DNA from: Minisyncoccota bacterium
Lineage (GTDB): Bacteria > Patescibacteriota > Minisyncoccia > UBA6257 > 2-01-FULL-56-20
Assembly: GCA_041664245.1 (NCBI GenBank)
Contig: JBAYLC010000001.1
Location: forward strand, 22,654 to 86,653
DNA length: 64,000 nucleotides
Direction: 5' to 3'
Below, piece by piece: positions 21,979-34,155 of this stretch. The position numbers and the translations under genes are program-made. How positions within the stretch are numbered: the stretch's first letter is position 1; each line of letters starts with the position of its first letter. The notes under the pieces are model-generated. The model was not told the origin of the DNA. It saw nothing but the letters and a program-made list of their open reading frames with translations, and searched no databases.

Positions 21979-21991
21979 AATTAAGATAGCG

Positions 21992-22864
21992 TTAACCTCC
22001 GCTTACAGCCGAAAGGATAATCACTCCGCTAACTGCCAGCATAATTCCCACCACTTGGTGCCAATTTACTTTTTCTTTGTTAACGAAAATTCCTAAACCG
22101 ACGGTTAACGCTATATAGCTTTCTGAAATCGTCGTCGCGATGGATATTGGAATATAAGTTGTCGCAAAAGCGTAGGAGATCCAAGCCGCGTTATCAAACA
22201 CACTTGAGCTAGCGATAACTTTGGTATGTTTTTTAAAATCTCCCACCAAACTTTTGGTCGTTCCTTTGGCTATAAAATAAATAAAACAAAAAACTGCGGT
22301 CATCAAACTCGTAAACCAAATTGTAAATAAGGCCGAAGTTTCTTGGCTTGATAGGCCAACCAAAAAATTTGCCGCTCCCATTAAAATTGCCCCCAAAAGA
22401 GCGTAAAGCACTCCCTTCTCAAGAATTCTTTTATGGTAATGAAGATGGGTGTGATGTTTTGTCATTGCCAGAACCACCCCCACAAAAACCACTAGAATCA
22501 AAAGCCACTGAACTAAATTCAAATTTTCGTGGGCTAAAAACACTCCCAAAATTACCGCCACCGGCAACTCTATGCTCAAAATCGGTTCAACAATCGCCAA
22601 TTTTCCAATTTTATAAGATTCAAAAATTAAAAGAGCCATCACGAAGATCGCCACCCCCGCCGCCAAAAGAAAAGCCATGCCTCTCGGGTCATTCAAGGCC
22701 TCTCCTATTTCGCTCTCAATAAAAGGAAATAAAACTACCACCGCCGTGAGACAAATAAAAAAAAGTGATTTCCAAATCCCAATTTCTCGGGTTGCCCGCT
22801 GAATACAAAAATCTCCAAAACCCCAAAAAAGCAAAGCGCCCAAGGCGAAGATTATTCCCAGCAT
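21992..22864 (-). CDS. EamA/DMT-family transporter
   Basis: 290 aa. 10 predicted TM helices. Duplicated EamA-like halves. Confidence 0.7.
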   Translation of the reverse strand: MLGIIFALGALLFWGFGDFCIQRATREIGIWKSLFFICLTAVVVLFPFIESEIGEALNDPRGMAFLLAAGVAIFVMALLIFESYKIGKLAIVEPILSIELPVAVILGVFLAHENLNLVQWLLILVVFVGVVLAMTKHHTHLHYHKRILEKGVLYALLGAILMGAANFLVGLSSQETSALFTIWFTSLMTAVFCFIYFIAKGTTKSLVGDFKKHTKVIASSSVFDNAAWISYAFATTYIPISIATTISESYIALTVGLGIFVNKEKVNWHQVVGIMLAVSGVIILSAVSGG

Positions 22865-22934
22865 TTCTGTAATTGTATAACTTTAAACTCTTGAGAAGAA
22901 GATGAAATTAAACTAAAGTAAAAGCATCAGATTC

Positions 22935-24401
22935 ATGAAATTAGTAGTTCCTGAAGAGGTAAAATTAATCGCTCAAGCCCTCAAAAAGGCCAAATTCCAG
23001 GCCTATCTTGTTGGCGGTTGTGTTAGGGATCTTCTCCTCGATCGTGTACCTAAGGATTGGGATGTCGCCACCAACGCCAAGCCCGACGAAGTTCAAAAAT
23101 TATTCCCCAATAGTGTCTATGAAAATGACTTTGGCACTGTTGGTATAAAAACCGATTCAGAAAATCCAAAACTCAAAATTTTGGAAGTCACCACTTTTCG
23201 GCTTGAGGGAAAATACACCGATAAACGTCATCCCGACGAAATTAAATTTGCAAAAACCATTGAAGAGGATTTATCTCGCCGCGATTTCACCGTGAATGCG
23301 CTTGCCCTAGATGTAGTTAAAGGAATAGCGGGAGAAATCATTGATCCCTACGGTGGCCAGAAAGATATTAAAGAAAAAATAATTCGCACCGTCGGCAATG
23401 CCGAGGAGCGTTTTGATGAAGATGCGCTCCGTTTAATGCGGGCTGTTCGTTTTGCCGGGGAATTAAATTTTGAGATTGAATTAAACACCCGACGCGCTAT
23501 TGAAAAGTTAGCAGGGCTCTTAGAGGTGATCGCCAAAGAGAGAATCCGCGACGAATTTGTAAAAATAATAATGTCCGATAACGCCACTCGCGGCCTGCTT
23601 CTGCTCGAAGAATTGAATCTTCTTCGTAATGTAGTCCCCGAACTTCGCGAGGGGATTGGCGTTGGCCAAAATAAGCACCATATCAACACCGTCTTTGAAC
23701 ATAACATTCGTGCTCTCGATTACACGGTCAAGAAAAACTATTCCCTTCGGGTTCGTCTCGCTTCGCTTTTTCACGATGTTGGCAAAGTCCGGGCTAAACA
23801 AGGCGATGGGCCGGACTCTACTTTCTATAACCACGAAATGATCGGCGCCAAGATGACTTTAAAAATTATGGATTGCCTCCGTTTCCCCAAAGACATAACC
23901 GAAGAAGTAACTCATCTAGTTCGTAATCATCTTTTCTATTATAACGTCGACGAAGTTACCGCCGCTGGCGTCAGACGCCTGCTTCGCCGCGTTGGTCCCG
24001 AAAATGTTGATGATCTAATGAAAGTTCGCGAAGCTGACCGGATCGGTTCTGGCGTTCCCAAAGCCGTGCCTTACAAACTCCGTCACCTTCTCTTCATGAT
24101 TGAAAAGGTCAAAAACGATCCGCTCTCGCCCAAGATGCTTAAAGTGAATGGCGAAGATGTAATGAAAATTTTAGAAATTCCGCCGAGTCCTAAAGTCGGC
24201 CAGATTTTAAATATTCTTCTTGAAGAAGTCCTCGACGATCCAGAATTAAATACTAAGAAATATCTAGAATCAGAAATAAAAAAACTAGGAAAACTGCCCG
24301 ATAAAAAATTAGCCGAGATGATGAAAGAGGCTAAAAAGAAAGCTGAGTCCGTTGAAAAGGGGATGGAGGAAGAAATTAAAAAGAAATACTACGTAAAATA
24401 A
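22935..24401 (+). CDS. cca: CCA-adding tRNA nucleotidyltransferase with HD domain
   Basis: N-terminal pol-beta NTase GGCVRDLLL...DWD. HD motif LFHDVGK. Confidence 0.8.
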   Translation: MKLVVPEEVKLIAQALKKAKFQAYLVGGCVRDLLLDRVPKDWDVATNAKPDEVQKLFPNSVYENDFGTVGIKTDSENPKLKILEVTTFRLEGKYTDKRHPDEIKFAKTIEEDLSRRDFTVNALALDVVKGIAGEIIDPYGGQKDIKEKIIRTVGNAEERFDEDALRLMRAVRFAGELNFEIELNTRRAIEKLAGLLEVIAKERIRDEFVKIIMSDNATRGLLLLEELNLLRNVVPELREGIGVGQNKHHINTVFEHNIRALDYTVKKNYSLRVRLASLFHDVGKVRAKQGDGPDSTFYNHEMIGAKMTLKIMDCLRFPKDITEEVTHLVRNHLFYYNVDEVTAAGVRRLLRRVGPENVDDLMKVREADRIGSGVPKAVPYKLRHLLFMIEKVKNDPLSPKMLKVNGEDVMKILEIPPSPKVGQILNILLEEVLDDPELNTKKYLESEIKKLGKLPDKKLAEMMKEAKKKAESVEKGMEEEIKKKYYVK

Positions 24402-24406
24402 ATTTT

Positions 24407-24643
24407 ATGATTTTAATAAAAATTATTGGCATTCTGGGAGTTCTACTTATTTCTACCGGCATCATCACTAATCGGAAAAGCGAAAATCTTTTTTATATCG
24501 GGGGCGGGCTCTTTCTTCTTGTCTATAGTCTTTATATCAAAGATTTAATTTTTATTATCCTCCAAATAATATTCATCATTTCCGCTATCTATGCTCTGGT
24601 TAAAAAAATAAAACCGCTTCATAATATTCACAAAAATGGCTAA
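24407..24643 (+). CDS. Small hypothetical membrane protein
   Basis: 78 aa. Two TM helices. Confidence 0.3.
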   Translation: MILIKIIGILGVLLISTGIITNRKSENLFYIGGGLFLLVYSLYIKDLIFIILQIIFIISAIYALVKKIKPLHNIHKNG

Positions 24644-25028
24644 CTTTGTTGAAGAAAAAGCCTGGCGTATTATCACTAATCTCTGGACAATCGTCCTTCT
24701 GGTTTTTATCGTCATAAATTTTTTTACCGCCGACAAATACAATTCCCTTATTGGTCCTCTCTCTGCTCTTTACATCGGCATGCTCGCCATCTATGCCGGC
24801 ACCAAAGAATTTGACCGCTGGCATAAAATTCACACCGGTCGCCATCCCGGCGAGATTTTCGTTTATGCTTGGTCAATTATCGTTCTCGGGCTTTTCATCG
24901 CTTCGCTGTTCTTAAATAACACCTATAAAGTTCCCTCTGAAATTATCGCCGCCTATATTGCCGTTCTTTCAATTTTCGCCTTAACTCAAAAGTCAAAAAA
25001 ATATTACCTTAAGAAAGCCAAAAAATAA
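24636..25028 (+). CDS. Hypothetical membrane protein
   Basis: 130 aa. 3-4 TM helices. Confidence 0.4.
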   Translation: MANFVEEKAWRIITNLWTIVLLVFIVINFFTADKYNSLIGPLSALYIGMLAIYAGTKEFDRWHKIHTGRHPGEIFVYAWSIIVLGLFIASLFLNNTYKVPSEIIAAYIAVLSIFALTQKSKKYYLKKAKK

Positions 25029-25038
25029 CATTCACATT

Positions 25039-25470
25039 ATGAAAATAAAAATAAAACGTTTTAAAAAAGATTTACCGTTACCAGAATACAAAACTCCCGG
25101 CGCTGCCGCTTTTGATATCACCGCTCGCGAAAACGTGGAAATTCCCGCCGGCGAAGTTGGTTATGTTCCGCTAAATATTGTCATCGAAACCCCACCAGGA
25201 CATTTTTTTCTTTTAGCCGCTCGCAGCTCCACTCATAAAAAAGGAATTATTATGGCCAACGGCATTGGCATCGGTGATCCTGATTTCTCCGGCGACGGTG
25301 ATGAATATAAAGCTGCTTATTTAAATTTCACCAAAAATCCCGTCGTAATCGAGAAGGGAGAGCGCATCGCCCAAGGCATGTTTGTTAAAGTTGAACGCGC
25401 CGAATGGGAAGAAGTGGATAGTATGAAAAACGAAACCCGCGGTGGTTTCGGTTCTACTGGAGCCAAATAA
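25039..25470 (+). CDS. dut: dUTP diphosphatase (dUTPase/dCTP deaminase fold)
   Basis: 143 aa. Motifs KTPGAAAFD, GIGDPDFSGDGDEY and C-terminal RGGFGSTG. Confidence 0.75.
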   Translation: MKIKIKRFKKDLPLPEYKTPGAAAFDITARENVEIPAGEVGYVPLNIVIETPPGHFFLLAARSSTHKKGIIMANGIGIGDPDFSGDGDEYKAAYLNFTKNPVVIEKGERIAQGMFVKVERAEWEEVDSMKNETRGGFGSTGAK

Positions 25471-25478
25471 TCTAGTGT

Positions 25479-25549
25479 CGGGCTGCCGGGAATCGAACCC
25501 GGTCTTTACGCACCCGAAGCGCACGTACTACCGGTATACTACAGCCCGA
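25479..25549 (-). tRNA. tRNA-Pro (CGG)
   Basis: 71 nt. Acceptor CGGGCTG/CAGCCCG. U8. Anticodon loop TTCGGGT. T-loop GGTTCGATTCC. Confidence 0.85.
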
Positions 25550-25602
25550 ATTATCCTTGAAATTCTAAACTATTTTAAGAAAATTGCGAATATCTAAATT
25601 AA

Positions 25603-26121
25603 ATGAATCGAATTATTATAGTCCACGGTGAAAAATCAAAACCGAGTGGCGAAATCCATCCCGCTTTCATCGAAAGATTGAATAAAGCAATTGAAATATC
25701 AAAACAAGTCAGTCCGGATTTTATCGTTATTGCCAGCGGGCAAACCAGAAAAATTTCCCCGCCCGAAGCTCAAACCGGATATGATTATTTAAAAGATAAA
25801 ATAAAAACCCCGATTCTAATCGAGAAAGAATCTCGAACAACTATCGAAAATATAAAATTCACAAAAAAATTATTGACTGATGGTAAAATTGAAATTAATA
25901 AGTTATACGTTGTCACTAGCCGAAAAAGAATTTTTCGAATTAAATTTTTATACCGCCGGCTCTGGCCAGAAATTTATGAAGAAATTGAATTTATCCCCAC
26001 TAAAGATTTTTATCCGATTTTATTTTACCCCTACAAAGCACTTTATTTATTATTAAATTTACTTGATATAAAAGAAAGATTTTTACTTCCTCTCGGAAAA
26101 AAGTTTTTTCGAAACGGTTGA
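25603..26121 (+). CDS. DUF218 (YdcF/SanA/ElyC-like) domain protein
   Basis: 172 aa. VIASGQ...TIENIKFTKKLL pattern typical of the DUF218 family. Confidence 0.5.
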   Translation: MNRIIIVHGEKSKPSGEIHPAFIERLNKAIEISKQVSPDFIVIASGQTRKISPPEAQTGYDYLKDKIKTPILIEKESRTTIENIKFTKKLLTDGKIEINKLYVVTSRKRIFRIKFLYRRLWPEIYEEIEFIPTKDFYPILFYPYKALYLLLNLLDIKERFLLPLGKKFFRNG

Positions 26122-26140
26122 TATTAAAAAACTGCGCTTC

Positions 26141-26536
26141 TTGTATAATGTCATTATACCCATGAAAGTTATTAATTTTTTTGATAAATTTGAGGATCGC
26201 ATAAGAGAGGGATTAAGTCACAAGCCTATTACCTATGCCATCATTGGTGGAATCGGCATCGTTCTTTTCTGGCGGGGAGTTTGGCATTTAGCCGATGACT
26301 ACAGTCTCTCAAGCTGGGCTTCGCTCATTATTAGCGTTATTATCCTTCTTGCCACCGGTCTTTTCGTCTCTTTCTTTATTGGCGAGCAGGTGATAATATC
26401 TGGCTTGCGCCACGAAGGAAAACTGACCGAAAAAACCGAGGGAGAAATCGAAACCGAAGAAGACACCCTTAAAAAGATAAACTTGAAGCTCAACAAAATT
26501 TCCAAGGACATTGAGGAGCTTAAAAAGAAAAAATAA
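26141..26536 (+). CDS. Hypothetical membrane protein with C-terminal coiled coil
   Basis: 131 aa. Two TM helices. Charged helical tail. Confidence 0.4.
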   Translation: MYNVIIPMKVINFFDKFEDRIREGLSHKPITYAIIGGIGIVLFWRGVWHLADDYSLSSWASLIISVIILLATGLFVSFFIGEQVIISGLRHEGKLTEKTEGEIETEEDTLKKINLKLNKISKDIEELKKKK

Positions 26537-26539
26537 AAA

Positions 26540-26610
26540 GGGCCTGTAGTAAAGTGGTATTACGCCACATTCGCATTGTGGAGGCCGGGGTTCGATTCCC
26601 CGCAGGTCCA
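26540..26610 (+). tRNA. tRNA-Ala (CGC)
   Basis: 71 nt. Acceptor GGGCCTG/CAGGTCC with the G3:U70 Ala identity pair. Anticodon loop TTCGCAT. Confidence 0.9.
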
Positions 26611-26673
26611 CACTTAGAAAATCTTTCCCGACAAAAACGGGTATTCTCCAATGAGTGAGTTTTTTGGCTTTAG

Positions 26674-26776
26674 AGAGCTCTCGGAAACCCATCTAGTTTG
26701 GTACCCTAAAGGGTTGGATGGGTTGAGAGGCAGTGGGCGCTCACCGCTGGAGTGAGCGAACCGCGGCCTCTAAAGC
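26674..26776 (+). ncRNA. Candidate structured RNA / cis-regulatory element (unclassified): 10-bp closing helix enclosing two internal stem-loops
   Basis: P1 GGCTTTAGAG...CTCTAAAGCC. Nested CTCTC-CCCATC-[ACCC/GGGT]-GATGGG-GAGAG. CGCTCAC/GTGAGCG stem-loop. ~150 nt upstream of a membrane-protein gene. Confidence 0.35.
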
Positions 26777-26928
26777 CGAAAAGCGAGTGAATAGTTTTCC
26801 ACACCCGTTTTCCCCTCAATTTTGCTAGAATTAAGCCAGGAAAACGCTGTTTTGGCGTTTTCGAAAAAGGTCGATCATCTGGCAATTTTCTAAAAAGCCA
26901 GGTGGATAATCAATTTTTTAATTAAAAA

Positions 26929-27615
26929 ATGGATATTCCGACATGGTCTGAAGTAATCTTGTCTTCCTTGCAAAACCTTTGGTACGGTTTTGCCTCGTTC
27001 ATCCCTACGCTAATTGGAGCAATCATAACCTTAATTATTGGTTTCATTTTCTCTAGTTTTTTTGGCACCTTGATTGAAAAAATCTTTGATGCCATTAAGC
27101 TTGACAGTTTATTAATGAAACTGGAATTAGCTCCATATTTTGAGCGCGCTGGATTGAAATTGCGGGGAGCTCGTTTCCTAGGACGATTAACTTATTGGTT
27201 CATCTTAATCGGCTTTTTACTTGCTGCCTCTGATCAACTTCAACTCTCGGCCTTTTCTGGATTCTTGGGCGAGGTCTTGCGCTACATCCCGAACGTTTTA
27301 ATTGCCGCCTTAATTATGCTCGCCACTTTTGTGGCCGCTCATTTCGTGCGGGGAATTGTTCGCGCGTCAGTAAAAAGCGCTCGGTTGCATGGTGCCAATT
27401 TCTTGGGTTCGCTAACTTGGTGGGCCATCATTATCTTCGGTATCTTAACCACCCTTATTCAGTTGAACATTGCTGAGAGCGTTCTTCAAAGTGTTATCAC
27501 TGGTTTCATCGCGATGCTCGCTTTGGCCGGTGGTTTGGCTTTTGGTTTGGGTGGAAAAGAATATGCCGCGCACTTGGTTAACAAGCTTCGCGATCACACC
27601 GAAACTCGAGCCTAA
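26929..27615 (+). CDS. Hypothetical polytopic membrane protein (TM-helix-repeat, mechanosensitive-channel-like N-terminal architecture)
   Basis: 228 aa. ~5 TM helices. Confidence 0.5.
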   Translation: MDIPTWSEVILSSLQNLWYGFASFIPTLIGAIITLIIGFIFSSFFGTLIEKIFDAIKLDSLLMKLELAPYFERAGLKLRGARFLGRLTYWFILIGFLLAASDQLQLSAFSGFLGEVLRYIPNVLIAALIMLATFVAAHFVRGIVRASVKSARLHGANFLGSLTWWAIIIFGILTTLIQLNIAESVLQSVITGFIAMLALAGGLAFGLGGKEYAAHLVNKLRDHTETRA

Positions 27616-27630
27616 ATATTTAAAACCAAA

Positions 27631-27784
27631 AACCGCTTTTGATAATATCCCCGCACTTTTCGAGGATTAAAAATTTTTTCTGCCGTGAGGCTTCTCTTTA
27701 AAAAGGGGAGTGGCAGGAAATGAATTTTTAAAAAAATCCTCGAAAAGTGCGGGGTAAAACCAGAGCGGTTTTTTGTTCTCTTTC
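27631..27784 (+). terminator. Compound hairpin: 20-bp perfect inverted repeat inside an outer AACCGC/GCGGTT stem, followed by a T-tract
   Basis: CCCCGCACTTTTCGAGGATT (27649-27668) pairs with AATCCTCGAAAAGTGCGGGG (27735-27754). Inner CTGCC/GGCAG stem. Followed by GCGGTTTTTTGTT. Confidence 0.5.
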
Positions 27785-28087
27785 GCCAAATCTTTCAAAA
27801 CTTATCCTGAAGATGGAGGCGAGAAGAACCCCTCCCTTAGAGGATTACAATAAATATAAATTGAGTTAGAATTTAATAAGTAACTCTATTTTCCGATGGA
27901 GGGAAAGATGGAAAGAATTCTAATTAATCTTAGGGCTCGGAAAGTAAAACCCGAAGGAATTCCCGCAATTGTTGCGAGGGTTTTAAGGGCTCAAGAAGCC
28001 ATAAGATTTCAAACCTCTCGTCGTCGAAGAGTAAGTCTAAGGTGCTTGTCTACTCGGATGACATTTTGAGAGGCAAATTATCGCAAC

Positions 28088-28118
28088 GCCCCCGAAACGT
28101 CGGGGGCTCCTTTCTATT
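28088..28118 (+). terminator. Hairpin GCCCCCGA-aac-GTCGGGGGC plus T-rich tail
   Basis: 9-bp GC-rich stem followed by TCCTTTCTATTCT. Confidence 0.45.
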
Positions 28119-28144
28119 CTATCCCCAGAATATCCTTATACCTC

Positions 28145-28172
28145 TTGACACCCGTTAGGTAGCAACTATAAT
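28145..28172 (+). promoter_or_regulatory. Consensus sigma70 promoter (TTGACA-16-TATAAT), probable rRNA operon promoter
   Basis: -35 at 28145-28150 and -10 at 28167-28172. ~280 nt upstream of 23S. Confidence 0.6.
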
Positions 28173-28454
28173 AGATAGCACATGTTAACAAGCAGAAAAT
28201 TCCTCTGGCAAAGTGGCTAACCACCTTTTTTAGGGTGTTCGTCTAGCCGCTCTGAGAAGCGGTTTTTTATTCCTTGAATCGCCGTGAAGAGAGAAGCTTG
28301 AAAATCTCTACTCAATACCCGAGTGGAGTAAATATTAGAAGCTCTGCGCCACAGTGTTTTTTGTTGGTCTTCCAACAATATCCAATTTCTAAATGGCGAG
28401 CAGAGCAAAAAATTCCACTGAATTTTTTTCAGTGGGAGGTAAGTCAGTATTGGG

Positions 28455-31842
<3,388 letters not shown>

Positions 31843-31938
31843 CCCAATACTGACTTACAAATTTTTACCTGCCGCAAAACGAGTGATAAAATTATTTACT
31901 TCGCCGTGGCAGAGCCACAACAGATTTTCTTTAGTGGT

Positions 31939-32053
31939 TTCCTGGTGATCTAATTCCGTGTGACCCACCTCTTCCCATTCCGAACAGAGAAGTGAAATCG
32001 CGGAATCCCGATGATACTTGGTTAAGGCCTGGGAAAGTAGGGTTTGCCGGGAT
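31939..32053 (+). rRNA. rrf: 5S ribosomal RNA
   Basis: CCTGGTGATC...CCCATTCCGAACAGAGAAGTGAAA...GGGAAAGTAGGG...GCCGGGA. ~95 nt downstream of 23S. Confidence 0.88.
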
Positions 32054-32091
32054 ACCACTGTAGAAAATTATCACTAAATTGATTCTAAAAT

Positions 32092-32117
32092 GCGTTATCT
32101 AAAATAACGTTTTTTTA
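32092..32117 (+). terminator. Rho-independent terminator of rRNA operon
   Basis: GCGTTAT-ctaaa-ATAACGT followed by a T7 tract. Confidence 0.6.
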
Positions 32118-32184
32118 GTTTTCCCGTACTATCTTGTATAATTAAAACTCAACGAAAGGTCGAAATTACGGTCAAAATAAAACC

Positions 32185-32511
32185 ATGAATAAATCAGTTC
32201 TCTGGATTATAATCGTCGTGATTCTACTGGTTGTTTTAGGAGTGATTTTCCTAGGTGGAAGTAATAAGGAAGGGGATAATGTAGCTCCAACCAGCACCAC
32301 GCCAGGCGACAACCAAAACTCATCAACTTCTTCTCCGCAAAGCAGTTTGGAAAATCTCCCGCCCGCCACCGGCAACGTGAGTGATATCGCCGCCGCTATT
32401 ATTAGCGAAGCTTCTGGTATCAGCTCCTTGCCCGATCAGACTGATCCATCTCTGACTCAAATTGGCAACGAGGTTGATAATTTTGACCAATCTTCCGATG
32501 TTCAATTCTAA
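32185..32511 (+). CDS. Small hypothetical membrane-anchored Ser/Thr-rich protein
   Basis: 108 aa. N-terminal TM WIIIVVILLVVLGVIFL. Confidence 0.4.
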   Translation: MNKSVLWIIIVVILLVVLGVIFLGGSNKEGDNVAPTSTTPGDNQNSSTSSPQSSLENLPPATGNVSDIAAAIISEASGISSLPDQTDPSLTQIGNEVDNFDQSSDVQF

Positions 32512-32512
32512 A

Positions 32513-33307
32513 ATGAAAAACAAACTTTTCATTTCTACTGTCGGAATATTGGTTCTGGCCTCGTTTTTTGTGTTTCCGTCAGTTCTGGCGCAAACAAAAA
32601 ATTCCACCAGCACCGGCAATATCAACTTTTGTACTTCGCTTGACGAAAAAGCATCGAAATTCAGCCAAAATTTCAACGACAACTTTAATAAGTTCAAATC
32701 GGGTAAAGATCAGCAATTAACGAAATGGGAAAACGATTGGACTAAATGGAGTAATGATCAAAGCAGCAATTTCGCCCGAATCGACGCGATTCGAACCAAC
32801 AATTTCACTAAGCTCGAATCAAAAGCGACGACTGATGCCGAACGGCAAGCTATAGTTACTTTCAAAACCGCCGTTGAAGCGGCAGTAACCGCGCGGCGCT
32901 CGGCAGTCAACACTGCTATTCAAACTTTTCGAGACGGTGTTAAAGCCGCTCTCACGGGGAGAGCCGAGACGGTAGAAAAAATCATAAATGATCGTCTAGC
33001 TGCTTTTGAAACCGCCGTGACTAAGGCGAAATCCGATTGTGTCTCTAATATCGCTCCGAAAACTGTCCGGACCTCTTTTATTTCTAGCCTCAAGAAAGCA
33101 CAAGATGCTTTCAAAGCCGCTAAGAAAGCTGACGAAAATCTTAAACTAAAAATCGAAACCTTAAGAAAGGCCAGAAATACGGCCGTGAGCGCCGCTGATA
33201 AAAGTTTAAAAACCGCTATCAGTAAAGCTCAAGCGGATCTCAAAAAAGTTTTTTCCGATAAAGAAATAAAGAATCCCGAAACAACTTCAACTGTTCCGGT
33301 TCAATAA
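32513..33307 (+). CDS. Hypothetical secreted Ala/Lys-rich coiled-coil protein
   Basis: ~264 aa from ATG 32513. Signal peptide MKNKLFISTVGILVLASFFVFPSVLA. Confidence 0.5.
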   Translation: MKNKLFISTVGILVLASFFVFPSVLAQTKNSTSTGNINFCTSLDEKASKFSQNFNDNFNKFKSGKDQQLTKWENDWTKWSNDQSSNFARIDAIRTNNFTKLESKATTDAERQAIVTFKTAVEAAVTARRSAVNTAIQTFRDGVKAALTGRAETVEKIINDRLAAFETAVTKAKSDCVSNIAPKTVRTSFISSLKKAQDAFKAAKKADENLKLKIETLRKARNTAVSAADKSLKTAISKAQADLKKVFSDKEIKNPETTSTVPVQ

Positions 33308-33325
33308 AATAAGGAAAAATCTTAA

Positions 33326-33359
33326 TATAAAATACCCCCGCCGGCGGGGGTATTTTATA
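33326..33359. terminator. Perfect 17-bp palindromic hairpin terminator
   Basis: TATAAAATACCCCCGCC / GGCGGGGGTATTTTATA. Confidence 0.7.
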
Positions 33360-33388
33360 TTGTGTCGTTTTGATTATAATGAATCTAA

Positions 33389-34147
33389 ATGAATCGCCTC
33401 GCTAAACAAGTCATTTACAGTCTCTTTTTCCTTGTGGTCATTGCCATAATTATTGGCATTTTTTATTTTATTTTTTCGCGTAATAAGCCAACCTGTTTTG
33501 ATCGCATACAAAACCAAGGCGAATTAGGCGTTGATTGTGGATCTGTTTGTGGCAACAATTGTCTCCCAACAGAATTCAAACCCGTTCAGGTGAGTGATGT
33601 CTGGATTATCGGCGTTGATAGTAATCATATCAGCATCCTCGCAAAAATTGAAAATCCTAACCAAAATGTTGCCGCTAAAAATTTTAATTATGAATTTTCC
33701 GTTAAAGACGAAAACGGCCAAGTTAAAAATACAATTCTTGGGAGTGATTTTATTTTTGCCGGCGAAATCAAATACATCCTGAAAGCCAACATTTCCGCAA
33801 AGTTTTCTCTCTCTGATTATGGCGAATTAACGATTCGGAATCCCAAATGGGTTAGCGGTCAAGATTTTTTAAAGCCTCAGCTTAATATCCAAAATACCGA
33901 TGTTTCTATTTCGGATTCTAAAATAAAATTAACCGGAATCGTTGTTAATAGTGACAATTTGAAAATAAGCAGCATAAAAATAATTTCTATTTTTTATACC
34001 AATAATTCATTTCGACCATTAGGCGCCTCTGAAACAGAGATTTCTAATTTAACTCCCGGTAGTTCTAACCCCTTCGTTATCTATCATCCTATTATCACCA
34101 GCGCCGATCTTTCCCGTACTAAAACTTTTGCCTTCGGTTTCTGGTAA
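33389..34147 (+). CDS. Hypothetical membrane-anchored extracytoplasmic protein
   Basis: 252 aa. N-terminal TM helix. Cys pairs. Confidence 0.45.
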   Translation: MNRLAKQVIYSLFFLVVIAIIIGIFYFIFSRNKPTCFDRIQNQGELGVDCGSVCGNNCLPTEFKPVQVSDVWIIGVDSNHISILAKIENPNQNVAAKNFNYEFSVKDENGQVKNTILGSDFIFAGEIKYILKANISAKFSLSDYGELTIRNPKWVSGQDFLKPQLNIQNTDVSISDSKIKLTGIVVNSDNLKISSIKIISIFYTNNSFRPLGASETEISNLTPGSSNPFVIYHPIITSADLSRTKTFAFGFW

Positions 34148-34155
34148 TTTTTCCC

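Noticed and set aside
27897-28070. 57-codon basic ORF (MEGKMERILINLRARKVKPEG...) that could be mistaken for a small ribosomal-protein-like gene
   Set aside because: It contains four AGG and three AGA codons in 57, against the codon usage of the confident genes. There is no RBS. It lies in the rRNA-operon upstream region. More likely non-coding.
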